DNA from: Patescibacteria group bacterium
Lineage (GTDB): Bacteria > Patescibacteriota > Minisyncoccia > UBA11713 > 2-01-FULL-45-33
Length of the DNA: 36,476 nucleotides
NCBI GenBank assembly: GCA_038062255.1
Contig: JBBTXM010000013.1
Location: 1-36,476 of the forward strand
Direction: 5' to 3'
The position numbers and the translations under genes are program-made. Positions 1 through 8,608 of the stretch are shown here, one piece after another; positions within the stretch are counted from its first letter, which is position 1, and each line of letters opens with the position of its first letter. The notes below the pieces were generated by a model that saw only the letters and a program-made list of their open reading frames with translations, searched no databases and was not told the origin of the DNA.

Positions 1-1
1 C

Positions 2-1330
2 TGCAGACGCTATCCGGAAGAGGGTTTTTTGCACTCAATTGGTTTTCTTACGCGCAAAGACAACATCTTTCTTTCAACCGGAGCGAGCGGGCTCGAAGCT
101 TTGTACGATGAAATTTTAAAAGGAACTCCCGGAAAAATTATAGAAGAGATAAACGCCAAAGATGAATTGGTTGGATCTGGATTTTTGGTTGAAAGCCGAC
201 CTGGCACGGGGCTTATGACCTCTCTTGATTACGGCCTTCAGTTAAAACTTTCGCAGTCTATAAAATCTACGGCGGAGACCTATGGTTTTAAGGGTGGGGC
301 GGGAGTTGTTGTAAACCCCAAGACCGGCGAGGTATTGGCGCTTTCGAGCATACCGGAATTCGACCCGAATATTTTAATAGAAAACCCCAAAAAAGAAATT
401 GTAAACGCCTTGGTTAATGATCCCAAAAAACCATTTTTTAACAGGGCTGTTTCAGGCTTGTATCCGCCTGGTTCAATAGTGAAGCCGGCGGTTGCGGCGG
501 CGGCGTTGGCGGAGGGGATTATTGATTCCAAAAAAGAAATATTAAGTTCAACCCCAATTGTGATTAAAAATCCGTTTTCGCCTGATAAGCCGGATATTTT
601 TCCGGATTGGAAACAGCACGGGTGGGTGGATATGAAGAAAGCGCTCGCGATTTCAAGCGACATTTATTTTTATACCGTTGGCGGAGGGCATGAGAGTCAA
701 AAAGGCCTAGGAGTGTGGAATATAGAAAAATATTTCAGAGAATTCGGTTTTGGAAAAAAAACAGGAATAGATTTGCCGGGAGAAAAAGACGGTTTTCTGC
801 CAGACCCAGAAAAAGAAACAGGAGACGGCAGGAGATGGGGCATTGGCGATACTTACCACTTGGCAATCGGGCAGGGAGATTTGCAGGTAACTCCGGTGCA
901 AATGGCTTTTTATGCTTCGCTACTCGCAGGTTCCGGGGAGGCGATGTATCCGCACTTGGTTGAATCTATTTTAAATAAAGACAACAATATTGCCGAAAAA
1001 TTTTCTTATTCTTCTCATAAAGTCGATGGAGTAAGCAAGGAAATATTTGATGAAGTAAGAGAAGGCATGAGAGACGCAGTTAAATACGGCACCGCTGTTG
1101 GCCTTTCGGGGTACGGGCTAGATATTGCGGCCAAAACAGGTACGGCGGAAATTGGCAATACCGGCAGAGTCCATTCGTGGTCCATCGGATTTTTGCCGTA
1201 CGATAACCCCAAAATAGCCTGGGCGATAGTCATGGAAAACGGCCCAGTCGCAAACACAGTCGGCGCGACATTTGTAGCTTCTCAAATGCTCCAATGGATG
1301 ATTGCGAACAACTTTTTACAAAGCCTTTAG
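2..1330 (+). CDS. mrdA: Penicillin-binding protein 2 / peptidoglycan D,D-transpeptidase, 5'-truncated by the window edge
   Basis: The frame is open from nt 2 (..RRYPEEGF before the listed TTG at 29). Transpeptidase motifs are present: SxxK (PGSIVKP), SxD/N (ISSDIYF) and KTG (AAKTGTAE). Confidence 0.85.
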   Translation, partial: CRRYPEEGFLHSIGFLTRKDNIFLSTGASGLEALYDEILKGTPGKIIEEINAKDELVGSGFLVESRPGTGLMTSLDYGLQLKLSQSIKSTAETYGFKGGAGVVVNPKTGEVLALSSIPEFDPNILIENPKKEIVNALVNDPKKPFFNRAVSGLYPPGSIVKPAVAAAALAEGIIDSKKEILSSTPIVIKNPFSPDKPDIFPDWKQHGWVDMKKALAISSDIYFYTVGGGHESQKGLGVWNIEKYFREFGFGKKTGIDLPGEKDGFLPDPEKETGDGRRWGIGDTYHLAIGQGDLQVTPVQMAFYASLLAGSGEAMYPHLVESILNKDNNIAEKFSYSSHKVDGVSKEIFDEVREGMRDAVKYGTAVGLSGYGLDIAAKTGTAEIGNTGRVHSWSIGFLPYDNPKIAWAIVMENGPVANTVGATFVASQMLQWMIANNFLQSL

Positions 1331-1353
1331 ATTGGTGTATATTTAAATCTATT

Positions 1354-1830
1354 ATGACAAACCAAGACTCGGAGTATTTTAGCGAAGAAGGGCTTAAAAA
1401 GTTAAAGGACGATATCGAAACTCTCAAGACAAAAACCCGCCGGGAAATAGCGGATAGGCTCGAATATGCCAAAAGCCTGGGAGATTTATCCGAAAACTCC
1501 GAATACCAGGAAGCTAAGGAGGCGCAGGTTCTAAACGAAACCCAGATAGTCGAGCTTGAAGACGCTTTGCGAAGGGCTGTTGTTGTAAAAAAGAGCAACG
1601 GAAAAGATTATATAGATATCGGTTCGAGAGTGGTTCTGGAAAGAACCGACCAGCCGGGGACAAAATTGGAGTTTTTCGTGGTTGGTTCAAACGAGTCTTC
1701 TCCGGGGGAAAATAAGATCTCAAACGAATCTCCGCTTGGGGGAGCGCTTTGGAAGCGCAAAAAAAATGAAGTCGTCTCCGTGCCTACGCCAAAGGGCAAG
1801 GTCGAATACAAAATTTTAGAAATTTTTTAA
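1354..1830 (+). CDS. greA: Transcription elongation factor GreA
   Basis: From the ATG at 1354 the product reads MTNQDSEYFSEEGLKKLKDDIETLK..GDLSENSEYQEAKE, a GreA coiled-coil N-domain, followed by a C-terminal FKBP-like domain. The listed ORF start at 1294 overlaps mrdA and is less likely. Confidence 0.9.
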   Translation: MTNQDSEYFSEEGLKKLKDDIETLKTKTRREIADRLEYAKSLGDLSENSEYQEAKEAQVLNETQIVELEDALRRAVVVKKSNGKDYIDIGSRVVLERTDQPGTKLEFFVVGSNESSPGENKISNESPLGGALWKRKKNEVVSVPTPKGKVEYKILEIF

Positions 1831-1843
1831 TTTTAATTTCAAG

Positions 1844-3310
1844 ATGGCAAGTTCGGGAGAGGAAATCAGAAGTTTCCGCCTCAAAAAACTGGAAACCCTG
1901 CAAAAAAATGGGATAAATCCTTATCCTTCAAAAGTTTCTTTTAAAATTTCTGAAATAAAGGAAGTAAGAAAAAATTTCAAGAAACTCGAAAAATCAAAAA
2001 AATCATTGGGAATCGCGGGCAGGGTTATGGCCAAGAGGGAACACGGCGGTTCGATATTTTTTGACCTTTTGGCAGGAGAATCTTTCCAGGTTTTCATGTC
2101 CAAAGACAAAATTGGCGAAGAAAATTTCAATCTTTTTTCGGAAACCATTGATGTCGGCGATTTTGTCGCCGTTTTTGGGAAACTGTTTACGACCAAAAAG
2201 AAAGAGCCTACCATAGACGCCCAAAAGTGGGAAATAATTTCCAAATCTTTATTGCCTTTGCCGGAAAAATGGCACGGGCTTTCGGATGTCGAAGAAAGAT
2301 TCCGCAAAAGATATTTGGATTTGCTTATGAACAAAGAAGCTATGGGTAGGTTTGCGCGGAGGTCGGCCATAATTTCGGAAATGAGGAATTTTTTCGATTC
2401 CAGCGAATTTATTGAGGTGGAAACCCCCATGCTTCATTCGGTTGCCGGAGGCGCCTTGGCAAAGCCTTTTATTACCAGACACAATGCTTTGAATATCGAC
2501 CTTTATTTGAGAATTGCGCCGGAGCTTTATCTAAAAAAACTCCTGGTAGGCGGTTTTAAAAAAGTTTATGAGATCGGCAAGAGTTTCAGAAACGAAGGCA
2601 TAGACTCCAAACACAACCCGGAATTTACGACCATTGAATGGTACGCCGCGTACTGGGACGAAGAGGATATGATGCAGTTTACGGAAAAGTTTTTTAAGCA
2701 TATCGTAAAAAAAATTACCGGAAAATCAGAAATAGAGTACCAGGGAAAGGCCGTTTCTTTTTCCGGGAAATTCCAGCGAGTTACGTTCAAAGACGCGCTT
2801 GCGCGATACGCGCAAATTATAGATTACGACAAAGAGTCGCGCGAATCTTTTGGGCTTATCGCAAAACGTTTCGGAATAGAGCCGGAGGCGTATGAATCCA
2901 AAGCCAAAATTGCCGACGAGATTTTTAAAAAGGTTTGCAGGCCGCATATGCAAAAGCCGATTTTTTTGACAAACCATCCGCTCGAAATTTCGCCTTTGGC
3001 AAAAAAACATGAAAACAAGAACGAGGTTCGCAGATTTCAGCTTATTGCAGGCGGGCTTGAGCTTGTAAACGCCTTTTCGGAATTAAATGATCCGTTGGAC
3101 CAGTTGGAAAGATTCAAAGAACAGGAAAAGATGAAAAGAGCGGGAGAAAAAGAATCGCACCCGATTGATGAAGAATATACCGAGGCTTTGGAATACGGTA
3201 TGCCTCCCGCGGCTGGTGCCGGGCTTGGAATAGACCGACTAGTAATGCTTTTGACCGACGCAGAAAATATAAAAGAAGTTATTTTGTTCCCCACAATGCG
3301 GCCGAAATAA
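1844..3310 (+). CDS. lysS: Lysine--tRNA ligase, class II
   Basis: The 488-aa product has an OB-fold N-domain and class II motifs (YEIGKSFRNEG; GAGLGIDRLVMLLT). Confidence 0.95.
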   Translation: MASSGEEIRSFRLKKLETLQKNGINPYPSKVSFKISEIKEVRKNFKKLEKSKKSLGIAGRVMAKREHGGSIFFDLLAGESFQVFMSKDKIGEENFNLFSETIDVGDFVAVFGKLFTTKKKEPTIDAQKWEIISKSLLPLPEKWHGLSDVEERFRKRYLDLLMNKEAMGRFARRSAIISEMRNFFDSSEFIEVETPMLHSVAGGALAKPFITRHNALNIDLYLRIAPELYLKKLLVGGFKKVYEIGKSFRNEGIDSKHNPEFTTIEWYAAYWDEEDMMQFTEKFFKHIVKKITGKSEIEYQGKAVSFSGKFQRVTFKDALARYAQIIDYDKESRESFGLIAKRFGIEPEAYESKAKIADEIFKKVCRPHMQKPIFLTNHPLEISPLAKKHENKNEVRRFQLIAGGLELVNAFSELNDPLDQLERFKEQEKMKRAGEKESHPIDEEYTEALEYGMPPAAGAGLGIDRLVMLLTDAENIKEVILFPTMRPK

Positions 3311-3351
3311 CGCCACTTCTATGTTGTTTTAAGTTCTGTTATAATTATGTT

Positions 3352-3561
3352 ATGAAAACTATAACTATTCCAAAAAGAGTAATCAAAAATGACGATATTG
3401 TTCTTGTTCCCAAAAAGGAATACGAGAAGCTTTGGAATTTTTGGGCGAGCGCAGAATTTTTGACTAAGAGAGACAAAAAATCCATAGAAAAAGGTTTTCA
3501 AGAAATAAAAAATGGAAAATTTTTCAACTCCAGAGAAGTCAAAAAAGCACTGGGATTATAG
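3352..3561 (+). CDS. Putative antitoxin of the adjacent RelE/ParE toxin
   Basis: This 69-aa ORF lies immediately upstream of, and overlaps, a RelE/ParE-like gene. I recognise no family for it; the call rests on position only. Confidence 0.5.
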   Translation: MKTITIPKRVIKNDDIVLVPKKEYEKLWNFWASAEFLTKRDKKSIEKGFQEIKNGKFFNSREVKKALGL

Positions 3562-3796
3562 TCTTTCGGGCCAAGCTCTAAAAAATCTTAAGCGTTTTCC
3601 AAAGCACGAACAAAAACGCATTTTCAGAGTTTTAGAAAATATGAAATCAGATTTGTTTGGAGGAGATACAAAACCCATTCAAGGTGAAATAAATCTCTAT
3701 CGCAGAAGAGTTGGCGACTATAGAATTTACTTCAGGCCTATTTTAGAACAGAAAATTTTCTGTATTCCAAGTATTATTAGAAGACAGAGTCATTAA
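3512..3796 (+). CDS. RelE/ParE-family type II toxin (mRNA interferase-like)
   Basis: The product contains WDYSLSGQALKNLKRFP...LYRRRVGDYRIYF, which matches the RelE/ParE core (..yRlRvGdYRiiY..). The only in-frame start is the ATG at 3512, which gives a 50-nt overlap with the antitoxin ORF. Confidence 0.75.
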   Translation: MENFSTPEKSKKHWDYSLSGQALKNLKRFPKHEQKRIFRVLENMKSDLFGGDTKPIQGEINLYRRRVGDYRIYFRPILEQKIFCIPSIIRRQSH

Positions 3797-3824
3797 AAAG
3801 TAATTTAGCTTAGTTTGGCTTTGT

Positions 3825-3860
3825 AAAACAGCACGAGTTATCCACTTGTGCTGTTTTTAT
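3825..3860 (+). terminator. Intrinsic terminator after the TA pair
   Basis: The stem AACAGCAC (3827-3834) pairs with GTGCTGTT (3848-3855) around a 13-nt loop and is followed by TTTTAT. Confidence 0.6.
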
Positions 3861-3862
3861 AT

Positions 3863-3923
3863 TGTGGGATATTATATAAACGAGGTGGGAAAATGTGGAA
3901 AAACCTGTGGATAATGTGGATAA
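3863..3923 (+). promoter_or_regulatory. Direct-repeat GTGG[GA] array upstream of mraZ (MraZ-operator-like; also matches DnaA-box 9-mers)
   Basis: GTGGG or GTGGA occurs at 3864, 3885, 3895, 3907 and 3916, and the last four are 9-12 bp apart. The 9-mer TGTGGATAA occurs twice head-to-tail (3906-3914 and 3915-3923). A TATATAAA stretch sits inside the array. Confidence 0.55.
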
Positions 3924-4037
3924 GTTAGAGCTAGCGAGAATTTATCCATCTCGCCGAAGCCCTCGCCTTGCCGAAGCCTTCGGCGAAGCGCAGGTTGGCG
4001 AAGGCGGATTACACCCCAATTAATACGCTTTGCGCTT

Positions 4038-4475
4038 ATGCTAATCGGAGAATATCTACATACCATAGACCAAAAGAACCGCCTCTCAGTTCCTTCAAAA
4101 TTTCGCAAAGAACTTGGGAAGATTGTAGTTGTATCTCGAGGTTTGGATAAATGCCTTTTTTTATACACTATCGAGGCCTGGAAAAAACTTGCCGAGAAAT
4201 TGGCAACAGAACTGCCATGGGGGAAGGCTGAAAACAGAAGTTTTATGCGCACAATGATTGCCGGAGCTGCGGATATTCAGATAGACGCTCTTGGAAGAGT
4301 TTTATTACCGGAAAATCTTAAGAAGTTCGCTTCTTTGGAAAAGGACGCAATGGTTGTGGGGCTTTATAACAGGGTTGAAATCTGGAATCCGGAGATTTGG
4401 AAAGCGTACAGCGATTCTGCAAATCAAAATACAGAGCTTATTGCCGAGAAATTAGGAGAGTTGGGGATGTACTGA
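4038..4475 (+). CDS. mraZ: Division/cell-wall cluster transcriptional regulator MraZ
   Basis: The product reads MLIGEYLHTIDQKNRLSVPSKFR.. and contains a second DxxGR(V)xLP repeat (DALGRVLLPENL). It is the first gene of the dcw block. Confidence 0.95.
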   Translation: MLIGEYLHTIDQKNRLSVPSKFRKELGKIVVVSRGLDKCLFLYTIEAWKKLAEKLATELPWGKAENRSFMRTMIAGAADIQIDALGRVLLPENLKKFASLEKDAMVVGLYNRVEIWNPEIWKAYSDSANQNTELIAEKLGELGMY

Positions 4476-4476
4476 T

Positions 4477-5319
4477 ATGCATATTTCTGTTTTAACAAAT
4501 GAGATTTTGGAGCATTTTAATCTCAAGCCTGGGGAGAATGTGATAGACGCGACTTTGGACGGGGGAGGCCACAGCAAATTGTTTTTACGGGTTGTAGCGC
4601 CGAACGGCAAGGTGTTGGGCATAGAACAAGATGCCGGAATGATAAAATCTTTGAAGTCCGAACATTTGGAGAATTTGATTGTGGCCCAAGGGAATTTCAG
4701 GAATATTGTCGAGATTGCCAGAAAACATAATTTCAATCCCGACGCGATATTTTTCGACCTCGGAATGTCCACGTGGCACATTAAAGAAAGCGGAAGAGGA
4801 TTTTCGTTCCAAAGACTTGATGAGCCCCTGGATATGAGATTTTCCGACGAAGCCGAAATTACCGCCGCGGAAATATTGAATTCATATACCGACGATAAAA
4901 TCGCTGAAATTTTCAAAGAGTACGGAGAAGAAAAAAAGGCCAGATTTTGGGCAAAACGGATAGTTGAAAAGAGAAAATTAAGGAAAATATTAACCGTGGG
5001 GGATTTAATCGGCGCCTTAGGCATGAACCATCCAAAAGTTTTGGCCAGAATATTCCAATCCTTGAGAATTTTTATAAATGACGAATTAAACGCTTTAAGC
5101 GAAGGCTTAAGCGGAGCTGTAGAAATATTGAATGTCGGCGGGCGAGTTGCTGTTTTATCGTACCATTCGCTTGAGGACCGGTTGGTAAAGAACTTTTTTA
5201 AAGGTTTGGAGAAAGAGGGCAAGGGGAGTACATCCAAAAAGCCGATTGTTCCGTCAATTTATGAAGTAAGAATTAATCCAAGCGCTAGGTCGGCAAAACT
5301 TAGAATTTTTATAAAATGA
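4477..5319 (+). CDS. rsmH: 16S rRNA (cytosine1402-N4)-methyltransferase RsmH
   Basis: The product contains HISVLTNEILEHF..DATLDGGGHS and SYHSLEDRLVK. It follows mraZ after a single intervening nucleotide. Confidence 0.95.
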   Translation: MHISVLTNEILEHFNLKPGENVIDATLDGGGHSKLFLRVVAPNGKVLGIEQDAGMIKSLKSEHLENLIVAQGNFRNIVEIARKHNFNPDAIFFDLGMSTWHIKESGRGFSFQRLDEPLDMRFSDEAEITAAEILNSYTDDKIAEIFKEYGEEKKARFWAKRIVEKRKLRKILTVGDLIGALGMNHPKVLARIFQSLRIFINDELNALSEGLSGAVEILNVGGRVAVLSYHSLEDRLVKNFFKGLEKEGKGSTSKKPIVPSIYEVRINPSARSAKLRIFIK

Positions 5320-5645
5320 CAGATTTTTTAAACATATTAAATAACAACATGGCCAAAGAAAGGCTTGTGAAATTAGGGGGAGCTTCTCTTGCGCTGCTTT
5401 TTGTATTTTATTTGTATCTTGTGGGTTCCCTGGTGGGAGCCAAGGCCCAAGAGAGCCATTTATTGGGAGTTTTAGAAAAGGAAACCCAAAAACTTTACGA
5501 AGCCGAGAGCATGTTAATGGCGGAAGGCAAAAATTTACGTTTGTCGTTTTTCAAGGATTTGGGCTATGAAGAGCCTTTAAAATTTGATTTAATAAAGCCT
5601 ACTTCAAATGTGGCAGGAATCGCACAATCGTCTATCCACCAATAG
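5316..5645 (+). CDS. FtsL-like single-pass membrane/coiled-coil division protein
   Basis: It occupies the position between rsmH and ftsI. It has one TM segment (ASLALLFVFYLYLVGSLV) followed by a helical region, and an ATGA overlap with the rsmH stop. I see no sequence-level family match. Confidence 0.5.
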   Translation: MTDFLNILNNNMAKERLVKLGGASLALLFVFYLYLVGSLVGAKAQESHLLGVLEKETQKLYEAESMLMAEGKNLRLSFFKDLGYEEPLKFDLIKPTSNVAGIAQSSIHQ

Positions 5646-7218
5646 GATCAGGATCGCCGCTTTTTTTGTTTTGGCGGTTTTTTTATTCATAGGTTTTAAG
5701 CTTTTTAATTTGCAGGTTTGGGACTCCAAACGATTCAAGGAGCTTTCTTCGGACCTAATATTTTCTCAAAATAGAATCGAAAAAAGAGGCGAAGTCTACT
5801 TTTCTCCGCAAGGCGGGCGTCCATCCACCGCGGCATCTACAAAAAAAGGATATTTGCTCTATATAAATCCTAAAATTTTAGAAGATTCAGCCTCGGCATT
5901 TTTGGCGCTAAGTTCTTTTTTTGCCTTGGATGAAGAAGATTTTTTCGCGAAATCGCAGAAAAAGAACGATCCCTTTGAAATTTTAAAAAAGAGGCTCGAA
6001 AACCAAGATTCTGAAATTGTAGAATCATGGAAAATAAAAGGAGTTGGAACCGTGGAAGATAAATGGCGGTTTTATCCTGGAGGATCCGCTGCCAGCCATG
6101 TCCTGGGATTTGCCGCTGAAAATGCCGGGGAGTGGGAGGGAAAATATGGTATTGAAAAATTTTACGAAAATGAACTATCTTCTGGCGAAGACGTGCATTT
6201 AACGATAGAGCCAAGTGTCCAGGTTTTTGCGGAGCTGGAACTTAAAAACTTTATGGAAAAATGGAACGGCGCGAGCGGCGGGGTTGCCGTAGTGAACCCC
6301 AAAAATGGCGATATTTTAGCCATGGCTGCTCTCCCGAATTTTGACCCGAACAAGTTTCAGGAAGAAAAGAACTTGCAAGTTTTTTTGAATCCTTTTTCTG
6401 AAAAAATCTTTGAACTTGGTTCAATAATGAAACCGATAACAATGGCATCGGCATTGGATTCCGGCAGCATCTCTCCCAATACAGAGTACTTTGACAAAGG
6501 TTTTGTGGAAGTGAGCGGAAAGCGTTTGAACAATTTTGACGGCAAAGGAAGGGGATTGCGCAACATGACGCAAGTTCTGGAGGAATCGCTCAACACTGGA
6601 GCGGTATTCGCGATGCAGCGCATGGGCAAGGAAACTTTCAGGGACTATTTGCTCAAATTTGGATTTGGGCAAAAAACGGGAATAGATTTGCCCGGAGAAA
6701 TAAAAAGCAACTTAAGAAATTTGGATTCTGGTAGAGAGATTGAGTTTGCCACAGCTTCTTTTGGTCAGGGAATCGCCGTTACTCCGATTTCAATGATTTC
6801 GGCTCTTAGCGCGCTGGCAAATGGCGGCAAAGTGGTTTTTCCGCATCTTAAGGTTCTGGATTCAAAGAGCCAGGAAGGGGCGGAAGCAATAAGCGAAAAG
6901 GCATCGCAAAATATTTCCAAAATACTTGTCGATGTGGTGGATAATACTTTAGCCGGCGGAACTGCTAAAATAGATGGATACAGCATTGCCGCAAAGACCG
7001 GAACCGCTCAAATTCCGGATTATAAAAACGGCGGGTACGGGGATGAATTTCTCCATTCGTTTTTCGGGTATTTCCCCGCATATGACGCGAAATTTCTCAT
7101 ATTTTTATTTTTGGAGAAACCTGTGGGGGTTCGTTATGCTTCACAAACTCTTACAGAACCATTCACAAACATTACAAAATTTCTTATAAATTATTATACG
7201 GTTCCTCCGGATAGATAG
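5608..7218 (+). CDS. ftsI: Peptidoglycan D,D-transpeptidase FtsI (class B PBP)
   Basis: It has an N-terminal TM segment and the motifs SxxK (GSIMKP), SxN (ESLNTG) and KTG (AAKTGTAQ), and sits in the dcw position. Confidence 0.9.
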   Translation: MWQESHNRLSTNRIRIAAFFVLAVFLFIGFKLFNLQVWDSKRFKELSSDLIFSQNRIEKRGEVYFSPQGGRPSTAASTKKGYLLYINPKILEDSASAFLALSSFFALDEEDFFAKSQKKNDPFEILKKRLENQDSEIVESWKIKGVGTVEDKWRFYPGGSAASHVLGFAAENAGEWEGKYGIEKFYENELSSGEDVHLTIEPSVQVFAELELKNFMEKWNGASGGVAVVNPKNGDILAMAALPNFDPNKFQEEKNLQVFLNPFSEKIFELGSIMKPITMASALDSGSISPNTEYFDKGFVEVSGKRLNNFDGKGRGLRNMTQVLEESLNTGAVFAMQRMGKETFRDYLLKFGFGQKTGIDLPGEIKSNLRNLDSGREIEFATASFGQGIAVTPISMISALSALANGGKVVFPHLKVLDSKSQEGAEAISEKASQNISKILVDVVDNTLAGGTAKIDGYSIAAKTGTAQIPDYKNGGYGDEFLHSFFGYFPAYDAKFLIFLFLEKPVGVRYASQTLTEPFTNITKFLINYYTVPPDR

Positions 7219-7219
7219 C

Positions 7220-8503
7220 ATGATAAAAAATATGATAAAAAAAATTTTGGTATGGGAAGCAAAAGTTGCTTTGGCGCGCCACAAACCGCGCATAATCGGC
7301 ATTACTGGTTCGGTTGGCAAATCTTCCGCAAAAGGACTTATCGCCTGTGTTTTGGATAAAAGATTTAATGTCAGAGAAAGCCCCAAAAGCTACAATAGCG
7401 AAATTGGGCTTGCGCTTTCTATTTTAGGTTTGCCGACTTATTATAATAATTTTTGGGGTTGGCCAATGAATATAATAAAAGGATTTTTTGAAATTTGGAA
7501 TAAAAAATTTCCAGAAATTTTGGTGCTTGAAATGGGCGTGGACCGTCCCAAGGATTTTGATAGGCTTTTGGAAATTGCGCGGCCGGATATTGCCGTTGTT
7601 ACCGCGATTGGCGAGATCCCTGTGCATGTGGAATTTTTTTCGGGCCCGGAAGAAATCGCCCAGGAAAAATCAAAAATAATAAAATATTTGCCGGCAGACG
7701 GGCACGCAATTTTAAATTTCGATGATGACGTCGTTTGGAGCATGCATGAAAAGACCAAGGCGCATATCGTAAGTTACGGATTTGGCGAACATGCGGATTT
7801 TCTGGCTTCAAATTACAAGGCTACTATTGAGGGTTTAACGTTCAAAATGGACCACGAAGGTTCGTCGGTGCCAGCTAATCTTAAAAAAGTTTTGGGCAAA
7901 CATAATGTTTATCCTGCTCTTTCGGCTTTTGCTGTAGGGAAAATATTCGGGCTGAATTTGATAGACATATCCGAGTATCTTTCGCTGTGCGAATTTCCTC
8001 CCGGCAGGATGAGGCTTTTGGAAGGAATAAAAGAAAGCCGAGTGATAGACGATTCTTACAATTCTTCGCCGATTGCCTCGCATGCCGCTTTGGATACCCT
8101 GGGAGAGCTTGAAGCCAACCTGCCCGACGGCAAGGCGGGAAGAAAAATCGTGGTATTCGGCGATATGCTCGAAATCGGCAAATATACAATCGAGGCTCAC
8201 AGGGCAATGGGCGAAAAAGTTTCAAAAATCGCCGATTATCTTTTTACTGTCGGACCGCGCTCTAAATTTGTTTCAGAGGAGGCGCTGGAATTGGGCATGC
8301 CAAAAGAAAATATTTTTAACTTTTCAACGTCAAAAGAAGCTACACAAACCATAAAAAATTTGATTGAAGAAGGGGATTTGATTTTGGTGAAGGGTTCCCA
8401 GGGAATGCGAATGGAGCGCATTGTTGAAGAAATAATGGCGCATCCCGAAGATGCAGAAAAACTCCTAGTCCGACAAGACGAATACTGGAAAAAGAAAGAA
8501 TAA
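7220..8503 (+). CDS. murF: UDP-N-acetylmuramoyl-tripeptide--D-alanyl-D-alanine ligase
   Basis: It has the Mur-ligase P-loop GITGSVGKSS plus DDSYNSSP and VVFGDMLEIG, which are typical of MurF. Confidence 0.9.
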   Translation: MIKNMIKKILVWEAKVALARHKPRIIGITGSVGKSSAKGLIACVLDKRFNVRESPKSYNSEIGLALSILGLPTYYNNFWGWPMNIIKGFFEIWNKKFPEILVLEMGVDRPKDFDRLLEIARPDIAVVTAIGEIPVHVEFFSGPEEIAQEKSKIIKYLPADGHAILNFDDDVVWSMHEKTKAHIVSYGFGEHADFLASNYKATIEGLTFKMDHEGSSVPANLKKVLGKHNVYPALSAFAVGKIFGLNLIDISEYLSLCEFPPGRMRLLEGIKESRVIDDSYNSSPIASHAALDTLGELEANLPDGKAGRKIVVFGDMLEIGKYTIEAHRAMGEKVSKIADYLFTVGPRSKFVSEEALELGMPKENIFNFSTSKEATQTIKNLIEEGDLILVKGSQGMRMERIVEEIMAHPEDAEKLLVRQDEYWKKKE

Positions 8504-8531
8504 AATGTTATTTTAATTTTAAATTAACTTA

Positions 8532-8606
8532 GCTCTCATCGTCTAGCCTGGTCTAGGACACACGGTTCTCATCCGTGGAACACCGGTTCAAATCCGGTTG
8601 AGAGCG
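8532..8606 (+). tRNA. tRNA-Glu (anticodon CUC)
   Basis: The cloverleaf folds by hand: acceptor GCTCTCA/TGAGAGC, anticodon stem CACGG/CCGTG with loop TTCTCAT, and T-arm ACCGG-TTCAAAT-CCGGT. No CCA is encoded. Confidence 0.9.
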
Positions 8607-8608
8607 CA

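Noticed and set aside
3837-3950. Interpreting the DnaA-box cluster as the chromosomal replication origin.
   Set aside because: There is no adjacent dnaA or dnaN, and no clear AT-rich 13-mer unwinding element beyond a short TATATAAA stretch. The 10-bp periodic GTGG repeats directly upstream of mraZ are better explained as an MraZ-type operator. GC-skew cannot be evaluated from this window.
3872-4252. A 126-aa minus-strand ORF spanning the mraZ leader and the 5' end of mraZ.
   Set aside because: It overlaps the well-supported mraZ gene and the repeat and GC-rich leader. I see no ribosome-binding site or protein-like sequence, so it is most likely a chance ORF through GC-rich DNA.
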